Assembly: GCA_000091205.1 (NCBI GenBank)
Contig: AP006491.2
Direction: 5' to 3' (one strand)
DNA from: Cyanidioschyzon merolae
Taxonomy: Eukaryota
DNA length: 64,000 nt
Of the stretch, positions 1 to 9,165 are shown in pieces. The translations under genes were made by a program, and so were the position numbers. The notes below the pieces were generated by a model. It saw only the letters and a program-made list of their open reading frames with translations, searched no databases and was not told the origin of the DNA. Within the stretch, counting starts at the first letter, position 1. The number at the start of each line of letters is the position of its first letter.

Positions 1-702
1 TGAGCGAGGTGACGAGCCGCGGAGCCGACATTGAAGCTTTTCGGGAGTCCATGGAAGGTCCGCGTTGCTCATTGGGATACGCTGTGGGAAGAGTACACCA
101 AGCGCCGGTGGGCTCGTCTGCGTAAGAATCTGTATTGTGGTAAGCAACGTGCATTTGCCAACTTTTTCAATGCGTTGAGCGCCCTCAAGGAGAATGAAAG
201 TCAGAGGCTCGTCGTAGCGTACGGAGCAGAGCGCTGGGCGTCCAAAAAAGGGACTACACCAGCTCCGTCGACAAGAACGTACAAGGAGTGCGCACGGCGT
301 TTCGCTACGATACCTGTAGACGAGTTCCGAACATCGTATACACACCACGAACTGGGGTGTACGCATCACAGAGTGGAGATGGAAACGTGCCAGAGGAGTC
401 CTGAGGATATAAAAAAATACGGAGCGCTGATGGAGGGGCAAATGGAAAGGAGGGCGAAATTTAGCGGATTGCTTGCATTAGTAAGTACACTCAATGATGG
501 CAAGAAACGGATGGAATTCGTGAACAGAGACTTTCACGCAGTGATCAATGTAAGATGTGCGGTAATGGAGAAAAGGCCTCGATACTGGACACGAGAGAAC
601 TTTGTTGGACAACCTCTCAAAGTGGAACTATATAAGAAAAAGCTGGAAGCAGTAATGGGTGGCCGGTCCAAAAAAACTGGGAGGCGTCAGCACATCAGTT
701 AG
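1..702 (+). CDS. TnpB-like (Fanzor-type) RuvC nuclease, copy A, 5'-truncated by window edge. It reads in frame 3 to nt 121, has a 58-nt intron at 122-179, then frame 1 from 180 to 702 (stop).
   Basis: C-terminal half has TnpB hallmarks: '[20 protein letters not shown]' (TSQ.C..CG-like zinc finger region) and '[20 protein letters not shown]' (RuvC-III D.NAA.NI-like motif). It is ~97% identical to the 54355-55347(-) ORF. The upstream frame ([20 protein letters not shown]...) matches the C-terminus of the 55253-56173(-) ORF. Confidence 0.6.
122..179 (+). other. Candidate spliceosomal intron (58 nt) in Fanzor-like gene copy A.
   Basis: Donor G|GTAAGA at 122, polypyrimidine stretch CTTTTTC, acceptor TTGAG| at 179. 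Phase-2 junction GC|C joins the upstream frame to the downstream RuvC-II/Zn/RuvC-III frame exactly. The upstream frame stops at 123-125 if unspliced. Confidence 0.5.
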
Positions 703-752
703 AGACGATTTGTCTAGGGCGCGTTCGCCGCCACTGCTGAACACCGTCGGCG
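600..752 (+). ncRNA. Candidate omega-RNA (reRNA) scaffold region of Fanzor copy A (ORF 3' end to element terminus).
   Basis: In TnpB/Fanzor systems the guide RNA is encoded at the element's 3' end. This segment is conserved even in the otherwise degenerate copy C. Confidence 0.25.
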
Positions 753-878
753 TCGTTCGACTTTTGCAAAGTGTTCGGTATCGGTGTCGGTGACGGTGTC
801 GGTGCGGTGTGCGTTTCAGTTGCTGCCCTGCGCTTTCGAGCATCAGCTTATATAACTCTGTGCACACGTGAACTGCCA

Positions 879-1820
879 ATGGCTGAGACTTGCTCATTTC
901 GCGGATACTTGAAGGGCCATGGAAACTGGGTAACGGCACTCGCCACGCCTCCGGACTCCGTAGACACACTGGTTTCGGTTTCTCGCGATAAGACCCTGAT
1001 CTGGTGGGAACTCACCGGCGAGGAGGGCGACTACGGGCGCCCGCGGAAGGCCCTACACGGCCATAACCACTTCATAAGCGATGTGTGTCTCAGCTCAGAT
1101 GGCCAGTTTGCGTTGACGTCTTCTTGGGACAAGGAGTTGCGGCTCTGGGATCTGCAGCTTGGTGAGTCGGTCCGACGTTTCGTCGGGCACCGCAAAGATG
1201 TGCTCTCTGTGGCGTTCAGCCCGGACAACCGCCAAATAGTTTCGGCTTCACGTGATCGCACGATAAAGATGTGGAACATTTTGGGCCAGTGCAAGTATGA
1301 GATCGTGGAAGACTCGCATACCGCATGGATTAGTTGCGTGCGGCTATCGCCGTCTCCGGCGGTTCCGTGTTTTGTTTCGTGCGGCTGGGATAAGCTGGTG
1401 AAGGTCTGGGATCTGGCCACCTGCCAGTTAAAGTTTAATCTGGTCGGTCATACTGGCTACCTCAACTGCGTCACCATCTCACCAGACGGAAGTTTGTGCG
1501 CCAGCGGCGGACGTGACGGCTCGGTGATGCTCTGGGACCTACAGCAGGGGCAGCACCTGCACACACTCGAGGGAACCGAGGAGATCTATGCGCTCTGCTT
1601 CTCTCCGAGCCGCTACTGGCTATGTGCTGCAACTAGCAGCTCCGTGAAGATCTGGGATCTCGAAACCAAGTCCGTGGTGGAGAACCTGCGTGATGAATCG
1701 TTCTTCGGCCCAAAGACGGCCCAAGCGCCACCGTGTATCTGCATGGCGTGGTCTTCGGATGGTGCAACGCTGTTCTGTGGACACACCGATAATCTCATTC
1801 GCGTTTGGGCTGTCATCTAG
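879..1820 (+). CDS. RACK1: RACK1 (guanine nucleotide-binding protein beta-subunit-like, WD40). Start taken at internal Met 'MAETCSF' within ORF 771-1820.
   Basis: Seven WD40 repeats with characteristic RACK1 strings: '[32 protein letters not shown]', '[34 protein letters not shown]', '[18 protein letters not shown]'. ~313 aa. Confidence 0.9.
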   Translation: MAETCSFRGYLKGHGNWVTALATPPDSVDTLVSVSRDKTLIWWELTGEEGDYGRPRKALHGHNHFISDVCLSSDGQFALTSSWDKELRLWDLQLGESVRRFVGHRKDVLSVAFSPDNRQIVSASRDRTIKMWNILGQCKYEIVEDSHTAWISCVRLSPSPAVPCFVSCGWDKLVKVWDLATCQLKFNLVGHTGYLNCVTISPDGSLCASGGRDGSVMLWDLQQGQHLHTLEGTEEIYALCFSPSRYWLCAATSSSVKIWDLETKSVVENLRDESFFGPKTAQAPPCICMAWSSDGATLFCGHTDNLIRVWAVI

Positions 1821-2917
1821 AGGAATGCGTATCGACGGATGGGTGTACCGTGCACGAGAGGCGGCGCTGATGGCATTCACACGACCGCGGGTGCGAGCAT
1901 AGCAGCCGTTCTGACGACGACATGCGAGGGCTGACGCCCAGCATGGCAGCCTGCTCAAGCACGGGCCGCTAGGAGCCATGGAGCATTCGCCGGCCGGCCT
2001 TGTAACTTAGAGGCACCGGACAAGCCGATGCTTAGCGACGACTGCGGTCGAAAAGCGTGAAACCGCGTGAGTTCTGTGCCATGAGTGCGTGACGCTTTGA
2101 TGGAGTAGCTTCGAGTAGCGACTCGTCACTATGAGAAAGAGGTGATCATCACATCATGGCGCGTTGGTGTTCCCTGGTTGTACGGAATGTGGATACTGTC
2201 TGGGGTCCGGCGCAGCGAGTTGCCACTTGAGCGTCTCGATATTGCTCCTTTGGAGCGCGCACGCAAGCAGCCTACGAGAACGTTCGTTTGACGTATTTGT
2301 CTTCCGTATCAGCGCTGCTGCTTCACTGGAAAGCGATCGGTTCGCTTTGGTGTAACGAAGCGAGTGATGCACGAGCTCTGAACGCCCGACGGAACGAGGC
2401 TGTTGTGCGAACGCTGGCGGCGCCTGTGCGTCGCATGTCGGCTAACCAGGAGAACACCCATCGTGGAGCGCTTCTTCTTCTTCTTTTGCGCATGCGTTTC
2501 ATTCATGTATGTCAAGGTACGCTGTGTCTGTTCAAGTGCACGGATTGTGCTTGTCGTGGAGGATGGCGTACCCGGGTCTTCAGCGTCCGCAGCACGACGC
2601 ACGAGTATTAGATTTTTGTTTTGTTATCAGCTTGCGGGGAAGGTGATGAATAGCACGGCACCCTTACAGGAAGCATCATCCTGAGCAAGCACTGGTGCCA
2701 AGGAATGCAAGTCTTCAGTTCCACGTAAACGGAAATGTTTTACTGGTTCCGCGGACGGAGCGCGAGTCACCCGAGAGATCTGACTGTATCTAGCGCGGAG
2801 CATAACACTCAAGTGGCGCCTGCCCACTGGTCGTTGCTGAAGCTTCCTCTCAATTCGTGACTTGTTCTTCGCTGCAACCGCCACCGCCGCGGCATAGCGC
2901 ACGCAGCGATCCCGCAC

Positions 2918-3080
2918 CATAGGTAATGTAACTTGGAAGTCGGGGATTTGATGGATACCTCACCGTGCACTGAAAAAAAACACACAAAAAAAGTCAGAAA
3001 AGAAAAAGCGCACCATCGGAGAACGCCGGCCTAAGCAAACGTCTCGTCCGTGGAAGCGAAATCGATCCCGCACCAGCGTC
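2918..3080 (+). repeat. Interspersed repeat family R1, copy A (partial, 3' portion).
   Basis: 'GGTAATGTAACTTGGAAGTCGGGGATTTGATGGATACCTCACCGTGCACTGAAAAAAAACACACAAAAAAAGTCAGAAAAGAAAAAGCGCACCATCGGAGAACGCCGGC' matches 9017-9125, 57905-58075 and the reverse complement of 39560-39700. Confidence 0.5.
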
Positions 3081-3133
3081 CATCTGCTGCGAGATTGAGA
3101 TGTCCGTTATAGCCAGATTCGTGTCCTAGCCCA

Positions 3134-3182
3134 GTGCGTCGTTTCGCGCCTAAATCGCCACCAGAGGCGCGAAACGACGCAC
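3134..3182. repeat. Perfect 17-bp inverted repeat (GTGCGTCGTTTCGCGCC / GGCGCGAAACGACGCAC) with a 15-nt spacer; strong hairpin/cruciform ~300 bp upstream of the 3484 gene.
   Basis: Read directly from sequence. The arms are exact reverse complements. Confidence 0.6.
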
Positions 3183-3483
3183 TGCATCCGGATGCCGCAC
3201 TGCGGCCTGTACGGCTGACGGTGCGTTGCGCACGTTGCGCGCGTTGCAGCTACAAAACGTTGGCAGTGTCCGTTTGGAAACAGCGTTCCTGGACGTACGT
3301 AGCTCGCTAGCTCGCTAGCAAGCAAGGTATATTTTCTCAAGCGGTTGAATACACTCCCTGAATCCAGGGAGTCGCACGCTTCAAGCGACAGGTCGCTGCT
3401 ACAGGTGCGGACACTACTGAGCTGCGCACCGTGGACACGTCTGCGTTGCGCTAGCGTGGCCTCTACTCGTCAAAGAAACCCCC

Positions 3484-5034
3484 ATGGGTGCCTCGTCGGA
3501 TATGGTTACGGATAGGAGCACAGTCACTGCTACGGAAGCGGAGGTTGGTCGTCAGGGTCGGGCGGGGCGGGCGCTCTTCGTTGCTGGGTCACCTCCGGTG
3601 TACAGCACGTTTCACCACAACGGTGGTGCGGTGTCCATTGTAAGCGCACCGACCGGGAGTCGCGGCCTTTCGACAACGATAGCGGCCTCGTCGAGCGGCG
3701 CTTACCCCACAGCGAGTCCGTTTACGCCAACAGCGTCGCCGAGTGCGGGCACAGAGGGGCTTGGGCGCCCGTCGTCGGCGCCTGCGGGCGCCAGCGTCCT
3801 GAATGGAAGTTTTTTCGGGCGCTCTGTGGGCTTTAAGCTGCCTACGAATAAACAGAGCGCGATTTCGTCGGCGCGGGGAGGCAGCGGTGCCATCAGCGAT
3901 AGCAATGCCGTCAACGGTATGCTGGCGCTGGACGTCAAGGAGGGAAGCCGAGTCTCACCGCCGCGACGCGGCTCGACGACAGACGCCAGAAGTTGCCTGG
4001 AGTGTCCGTCAGACTGGACTGTAAGCGAGCTCGCCGCGCGGCTTGTCTCGGAACCTGATGGATGCAAAGCGACGGAGTGTGCCTGGAGTCCGCAGGTATC
4101 GGGTAGCATACCGCCGCGCTCGCCAGCGGCCTATCGGCATACGCAGACAGGCGCTGTTCCAGAACGAGGCCGAGACCATCCAGCAGGCACGAACCTGCTG
4201 GACTCGCATCGGATGTCGAGTCCTGGTATCGACCCGTCGCAGGAGTTGATATCCGTCGACAGCGACTGGATACCTGCTTCTGCTTCCTATTCAGCTGTTA
4301 GCGTGATGTCATTCTCGCCGAGCGGCAACGAGGTGGCCCGAATGGATCTGGGCCGCTCGTCCCCGTTCCGAGGGCTCTCGTTCGATGATCTGAGTATTAT
4401 TGAGCGTTCACCGCGCAAAGAACGTTTAGCGCAAATGCTGCTGTCCACACGTGGCAACAACGTGCGACGTTTCTCGCGTTCACCGCTCGGCGCGACGCCC
4501 CTGTTTAGCACCAATCCCGGGTCTCTAGCCGATGCCTCGGCGAGCGAAGACACGCGTTCGTGTCGCGTCTGTGGTGGACGACGCATACGGCCTTGTTTCG
4601 ACTGCAACGGACGTGGTCAATTTCAGCGCATTGAAGTCCAAAACCATGTTGTAGGCGGTGAAACGTGTCGCGCATGCCGCGGCACAGGTATGATCGACTG
4701 CCCCGCCTGTGCTCGAGAGTTGTATAGAAAAGCGCGTGCAGCAGCCGAAATCAAGCTTGAAACCGCCACCCGTGATCAAGCGGCACCAGTCTCGCTGCCC
4801 GCTGCATTGACATCACGACAACATGAACCAGCGGCTGCCACGCCTCATGCCATGGGAACGGAAACCGCGTCGGCGCACAGCGTGCAGGATTCGCTTGCCG
4901 CTGCCGCGACAGAGCATGTGGTATCCAGCGTCTCTGCGAATGCTGAATGGGAACCCCAAACCTCAAACGTTGCGGTTGGAAAGCTGACAACATGTACAAC
5001 AGACGGCCATGGTCTGATTCCGCTCTCCTCGTGA
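3484..5034 (+). CDS. Ser/Ala-rich protein with a C-terminal DnaJ-type zinc-finger domain (four CxxCxGxG-like repeats).
   Basis: 'CRVCGGRRIRPCFDCNGRGQFQRIEVQNHVVGGETCRACRGTGMIDCPAC' has the CxxCxGxG spacing of DnaJ/BSD2-type zinc fingers. The rest is low complexity, so gene extent is less certain. Confidence 0.55.
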   Translation: MGASSDMVTDRSTVTATEAEVGRQGRAGRALFVAGSPPVYSTFHHNGGAVSIVSAPTGSRGLSTTIAASSSGAYPTASPFTPTASPSAGTEGLGRPSSAPAGASVLNGSFFGRSVGFKLPTNKQSAISSARGGSGAISDSNAVNGMLALDVKEGSRVSPPRRGSTTDARSCLECPSDWTVSELAARLVSEPDGCKATECAWSPQVSGSIPPRSPAAYRHTQTGAVPERGRDHPAGTNLLDSHRMSSPGIDPSQELISVDSDWIPASASYSAVSVMSFSPSGNEVARMDLGRSSPFRGLSFDDLSIIERSPRKERLAQMLLSTRGNNVRRFSRSPLGATPLFSTNPGSLADASASEDTRSCRVCGGRRIRPCFDCNGRGQFQRIEVQNHVVGGETCRACRGTGMIDCPACARELYRKARAAAEIKLETATRDQAAPVSLPAALTSRQHEPAAATPHAMGTETASAHSVQDSLAAAATEHVVSSVSANAEWEPQTSNVAVGKLTTCTTDGHGLIPLSS

Positions 5035-5571
5035 CTCGCTGGCCAGGCGTTGAGACATCTCCGCATGCTCAATGCGTATCATACGGACCGGTGATACAGT
5101 GCAAGCACGCTGGCGCTACATACCTTTCACAGGGCAGCAGGCTGAAATGGACAACGTATCCTACGCAAGACAATCGAGTTTACAGTGGTTCCTCTGGGTG
5201 GCTCGTAGTACGAGAAGCCTCCGCTCGCCATGAGCTATGAGCGCGCGTTCACGCGGCGAGCACGTCCTCCTCCTCCTCCTCCATGCACACAGGTCCGCCG
5301 CAGCCCTGTGCTCAATCATCCCCATATCCATGAGCGCTGGCGACGAGGCACCTCCTATCTCATTGGAAATCGCTACGAGTCGCTTTGCAGACAGTTTGCA
5401 TCACGAGCTGCACAGGAGCGATCGCGTGCGTCGGTCGCACGACGCATCTCATCTACCGACCGTATGGATAATTGTGTGTCGATACAGTCCCACGAATGTA
5501 TCGTTGTGTTCTAGTCATGTAAAGATTACGCGAAACATCGTGAGCGCACTGATCAGTGGCGTTGCCGGTGC

Positions 5572-8499
5572 TTATTCCAACCAGAGCATCGGCTCTAGCG
5601 TGACATTCGGCGTCGCCTGTTCCAGCAGCGCCTGTGAGGCAGATCCCGGGATACCGCTTCGATCGCAGGCGAGCAGCGTCGCCAGGACTTCGACATGATC
5701 CGAGGCGCTCGGCTGCGATGGTGTTGTCGAGCGCTGCGTCAGCAGTTGCAGACGCAATCCCTCGAGGCGGGCAGCCGCGGTTTCCCGCCAGCCTGCGCGC
5801 AAGCCCGCCGCTAGAAACTCGGACGTGCGCAAAAACTGCAACAGACGCCCGACGCAAATCACCGGGATGGAAGGCATCGCTTGTTCCGATGCCGATTGCG
5901 CTGACGCGTTTCCGTTGCCAGCGGCTGGAGTGTGGACAGGGAGCTCCAGCGGTGCCTGGGAAAACGCGGCCGCCAGATGGCGACCGAGCGCGTGCCCGGC
6001 GCGATACAGCGCTCGCTGGGCGATGCGGTTCCCGGTTGGCGCCCGCATGTTCGTGCCAGCCTGCTCGGCAACTAGGTAGCCGAACTCTACCATCCGGCAG
6101 CGAGGCAGTGGTCCGCGATACAGGCAATGCAGCAGCGTTTCCAGATCTGCGCACGCAAAATGTGTCAAGGCGAGCGCGAGCAGTTCATCGGCAGCTGCCT
6201 TGCAGGCCGCACGATCCCACGGCTCACTCGAGCACTCAAAGCGCATGCCGTCGAGGGCACACAGCGCATACCGCAGCGCATCCAGACCGAGTACAAAGGG
6301 GGAACCCTCGTCTCCAAGTAGTGGACCATAGCCTCCGATTCGAATATCTAGGCCACCGGCGATGTCAGCGGAGACACGAAGATCCTTGCGCATGCGCGGA
6401 TCGGCGACCAAGCGACACAGACAGCCGCGCTCGCTGGAAAGCAGCAGTAGCGCGATACCTTGGCGCGATGCGACTGGGTCAGCGGGCGCACTGTGGCCGC
6501 GGATGGTGCCTCCGCTGCCTGCGAGCATGCTCAGCGGTGACGGCCGCAGCACGCTGATAAGCGGGAGGTTCACTTCATCCCAGCAGACGACCGTTACAGG
6601 GCAATGAAAGCGCCACTCGAGACGCTCGGCTACTGCACGTTGATCCGCGCTTGATCGTAGACTATCGATGACGAGGCCAATCCCAGCGAGGCGATAGTCC
6701 GCAGCGATCGCTCGTCGTCGTCGTGATTTGCGTCCACAACGCTGAGCGATTTGGCAGAGCACACTGCCCAGGTTGAACGCGTCGAAGGTGTCGTGCCAGT
6801 CGCCATCCAAGCTCGCATCATTAGCGGGCCCGAGATGCGAGCCCTCTCTATCGCTTGCCTGCAGACAGCAACGAATCCAGTCCGAAAGACGGCGCTGATA
6901 GGCTTGCATCGTACCATCCCGGTGGTGCAGCGGTGCCTGCCCGGAGCCAGTGCGACTGCAACAGCACGCCCGCGGCTCCATGCCGCCGTCGCCGTCGCCG
7001 CTGCTGTTTGTTGTCACCGTGCAGCTGCGACTCGGGGAAACGCGACGGCACCGTGTGCGATAAATGTTTGCTAACGCATACGCTTCTAGCAAAAGTATTT
7101 CCACTGCCTGGAGCAGGCGTTCCATCGGCGTTGCGTCCTGTTGTCGCTTTTGTTCTGAACTGAACGACAAAGCTTTTTCAGTGAACTGGGCCAAGAAGCG
7201 ACATGCTGGCATATGCAGCCTCGGCGTGCTCGCGTGCGCCGGCGCTTCGGATATCTCAGCCACACCTGGGCGCGTAGGGTATTCCTCATTCGCACTAGAC
7301 TCGGCGACTGCACCCAGCTGGGGTTCGCCAGCCTCGTCGCCGCCTAAAAGGTCATCGTGTGCGTCCGCACCAAACGAAGATGACGTAACTGCAGTTAATG
7401 GATTCGCGAGTAGCGCCGACGATGCCGTCATGTACGGTACTACGAGCAGGTCGACGTCGTCGACGTCGAAATTCGCGTCCACCGGCTCCAGGAAATCCGT
7501 TCCCTCGCCAGCAACCGATTCAAACCAATGCGGTTCGGTGTCCTGCACACGACTTGCAATGGCATCGTTCCCGCGTTTCCGGCGCTGGCCAGTCCCGGTT
7601 GTCGCCAGAAATCCATCCGATTGCGTTGGCGCTTGTGTTCGGCGTTGGTTCGCTGATTCACTAGATGGGCGCTCCTCGAGCGGCCCTGTACTTGGCGAGG
7701 ACGGAATCGTGCACGTCGACGAAGACGAGGCCTTGGTCGGCCTCCCGCAGCAATCGAGACCACGAGCGACCCTAGCAGGCTCCGATGCCGGTGGCGGTGT
7801 TGCGTAACTGCAGAAGCTGCGCACGCCATCCTGAGGTAGCGTGCTCGACAACCCTGTCGCAACGTTGCCAAGCTCTTCGTATGCCTCGTACTGGTCCAGC
7901 TCCCGCGGTAGCGATACTTGCTCATAGAACCAGGGATGCGTCACGCTATCCGGGTTTTGAAGCTGCACATAAAACGAGTCACCCCGGGATTGCATCGCGC
8001 ACGACGGGTATCTCGAGCTGCTGTTACGACCTACAGTCCGACCGGAACGCTGACTCGCGCAGGCGCCAGCGACTGCAGCGCCGATCCCTGGTCCAGTGCT
8101 GCAGGAACAACGCGCGTGCTGCTCCCGCAGTGCGAGCGTTCCCTTCGTGCTTTTCCCCCCGGAACCAGGGTCCACACCAGTTTCGCGGCTATGTGCACAG
8201 TTACAACGCAGCGCGTCTGTAACGTCTACGAGCGCCACATGACACTCGCGGCCGCGTATCGCCAAGCCCAGCACCACGACGCACGTGTCAGTTTTCCCTC
8301 CTAATTCGTCATCATCCCTGCCCACTTGATTTCGCAGCCCCGGTGCTTTCTTCGTCATAATAAGCACAAGCAACCTAGAAATAACGAATAACGGCTCTCT
8401 TACAGGCACCGTCACGAGTTGTATGGCACCACTTGTCGAGGCGGTACCTGCGCAGCGCGCCCGCCATACCACTCCCACTCGACGACCGTACCAGCGCAC
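5572..8499 (-). CDS. Protein with a C-terminal BadF/BadG/BcrA/BcrD-type ATPase (N-acetylglucosamine kinase-like) domain and a long low-complexity N-terminal region.
   Basis: C-terminal ~330 aa match the NAGK family: 'GIALLLLSSERGCLCRL...GGLDIRIGGYGPLLGDEGSPFVLGLDALRYAL' and 'LYRGPLPRCRMVEFGYLVAEQAGTNMRAPTGNRIAQRALYRAGHALGRHL' (cf. 'GSGGWGHMMGDEGSAYW', 'LYRDF..CRF..FC..IAEGA..GD..S..IF..AG..LGRH'). The N-terminal 600 aa are unrecognised and may be over-extended in GC-rich DNA. Confidence 0.45.
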   Translation of the reverse strand: MRWYGRRVGVVWRARCAGTASTSGAIQLVTVPVREPLFVISRLLVLIMTKKAPGLRNQVGRDDDELGGKTDTCVVVLGLAIRGRECHVALVDVTDALRCNCAHSRETGVDPGSGGKSTKGTLALREQHARCSCSTGPGIGAAVAGACASQRSGRTVGRNSSSRYPSCAMQSRGDSFYVQLQNPDSVTHPWFYEQVSLPRELDQYEAYEELGNVATGLSSTLPQDGVRSFCSYATPPPASEPARVARGLDCCGRPTKASSSSTCTIPSSPSTGPLEERPSSESANQRRTQAPTQSDGFLATTGTGQRRKRGNDAIASRVQDTEPHWFESVAGEGTDFLEPVDANFDVDDVDLLVVPYMTASSALLANPLTAVTSSSFGADAHDDLLGGDEAGEPQLGAVAESSANEEYPTRPGVAEISEAPAHASTPRLHMPACRFLAQFTEKALSFSSEQKRQQDATPMERLLQAVEILLLEAYALANIYRTRCRRVSPSRSCTVTTNSSGDGDGGMEPRACCCSRTGSGQAPLHHRDGTMQAYQRRLSDWIRCCLQASDREGSHLGPANDASLDGDWHDTFDAFNLGSVLCQIAQRCGRKSRRRRAIAADYRLAGIGLVIDSLRSSADQRAVAERLEWRFHCPVTVVCWDEVNLPLISVLRPSPLSMLAGSGGTIRGHSAPADPVASRQGIALLLLSSERGCLCRLVADPRMRKDLRVSADIAGGLDIRIGGYGPLLGDEGSPFVLGLDALRYALCALDGMRFECSSEPWDRAACKAAADELLALALTHFACADLETLLHCLYRGPLPRCRMVEFGYLVAEQAGTNMRAPTGNRIAQRALYRAGHALGRHLAAAFSQAPLELPVHTPAAGNGNASAQSASEQAMPSIPVICVGRLLQFLRTSEFLAAGLRAGWRETAAARLEGLRLQLLTQRSTTPSQPSASDHVEVLATLLACDRSGIPGSASQALLEQATPNVTLEPMLWLE

Positions 8500-8829
8500 G
8501 ACGGTGCCATCGGTCAGCCCGTACCGTTCACCGTATCGAAGCTATTCATATCCATTCAAACCGGCGGCTTACCTTCCTATGCATCCCAGCGCTTCATATC
8601 TCTGCAAGTGTCAGTTTTAGCGACCGGTTGTCACATGCAGAAATTTTGCAAAGCACCTTTGGCGTCATGTAGATGCAGCGGCGGCGGCGGCGGCGGTGGT
8701 AATGCATGCACGCATCTGCGTGTCCGCTACGTGTGCAGCGCATCGCGATGCGTGCGATCGGAGACGCAGGCGCGCGCGCCCCGTGCGGATCGGTGCGAAG
8801 GGTCGCGATCTGGCGACGCACAGCATCGC

Positions 8830-9165
8830 CGCTGCGCTGCGCGTTTGCATCGGGTGCTGATCCTCGAGCCGACGCCCTCTGTGGTATAGAAAAGCTGTTC
8901 TTGCTCAATGAAGTATCTGCTCCAGCGGCTAAGTTCCCAAGGCGGATGATTAGGTTAGGTACTAGGCACACACGACAGGACGTACGAAACGACCAGAATA
9001 TCCGAGAAGAAGTATAGGTAATGGAACTTGGAGGTAGGGCGTTTGATAGATACTCCACCTCGCACTGAAAAAATAACACAAAAAAGTTTGAAAAGAAAAA
9101 TGCGCATCATCGGAGAACGCTGGCACAAGTAAACGTTTTGTCCATGAAAAACATCCGGTGCTGAT
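8830..9165 (+). repeat. Interspersed repeat family R1, copy B.
   Basis: 'CCTCGAGCCGACGCCCTCTGTGGTAT...GTACGAAACGACCAGAATATCCGAGAAGAAGTATAGGTAATGGAACTTGGAGG...CACTGAAAAAATAACACAAAAAAGTTTGAAAAGAAAAATGCGCATCATCGGAGAACGC' aligns to the copies at 2918, 16030, 39520(-) and 57590. Confidence 0.55.

Larger units (their letters stand above)
1..752 (+). mobile_element. Right (3') end of Fanzor-carrying mobile element copy A. Similarity to the other copies ends at ...CTGCTGAACACCGTCGGCG (~752).
   Basis: Three copies share the 3' terminal ~100 nt and diverge immediately after 'CCGTCGGC(G)' (copy A 752, copy B 54628, copy C ~60645). Confidence 0.6.

Noticed and set aside
5634-7807. Long + strand ORFs (5634-6557, 7064-7807) overlapping the 5572-8499(-) gene
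   Set aside because: They are Arg/Ala/Pro-rich with a GC-skewed frame and no domain signal. The opposite strand carries NAGK-family motifs.
8419-8889. 156-aa ORF with a poly-Gly run
   Set aside because: It spans a (GCG)n microsatellite and the start of R1 copy B, and has no conserved domain.
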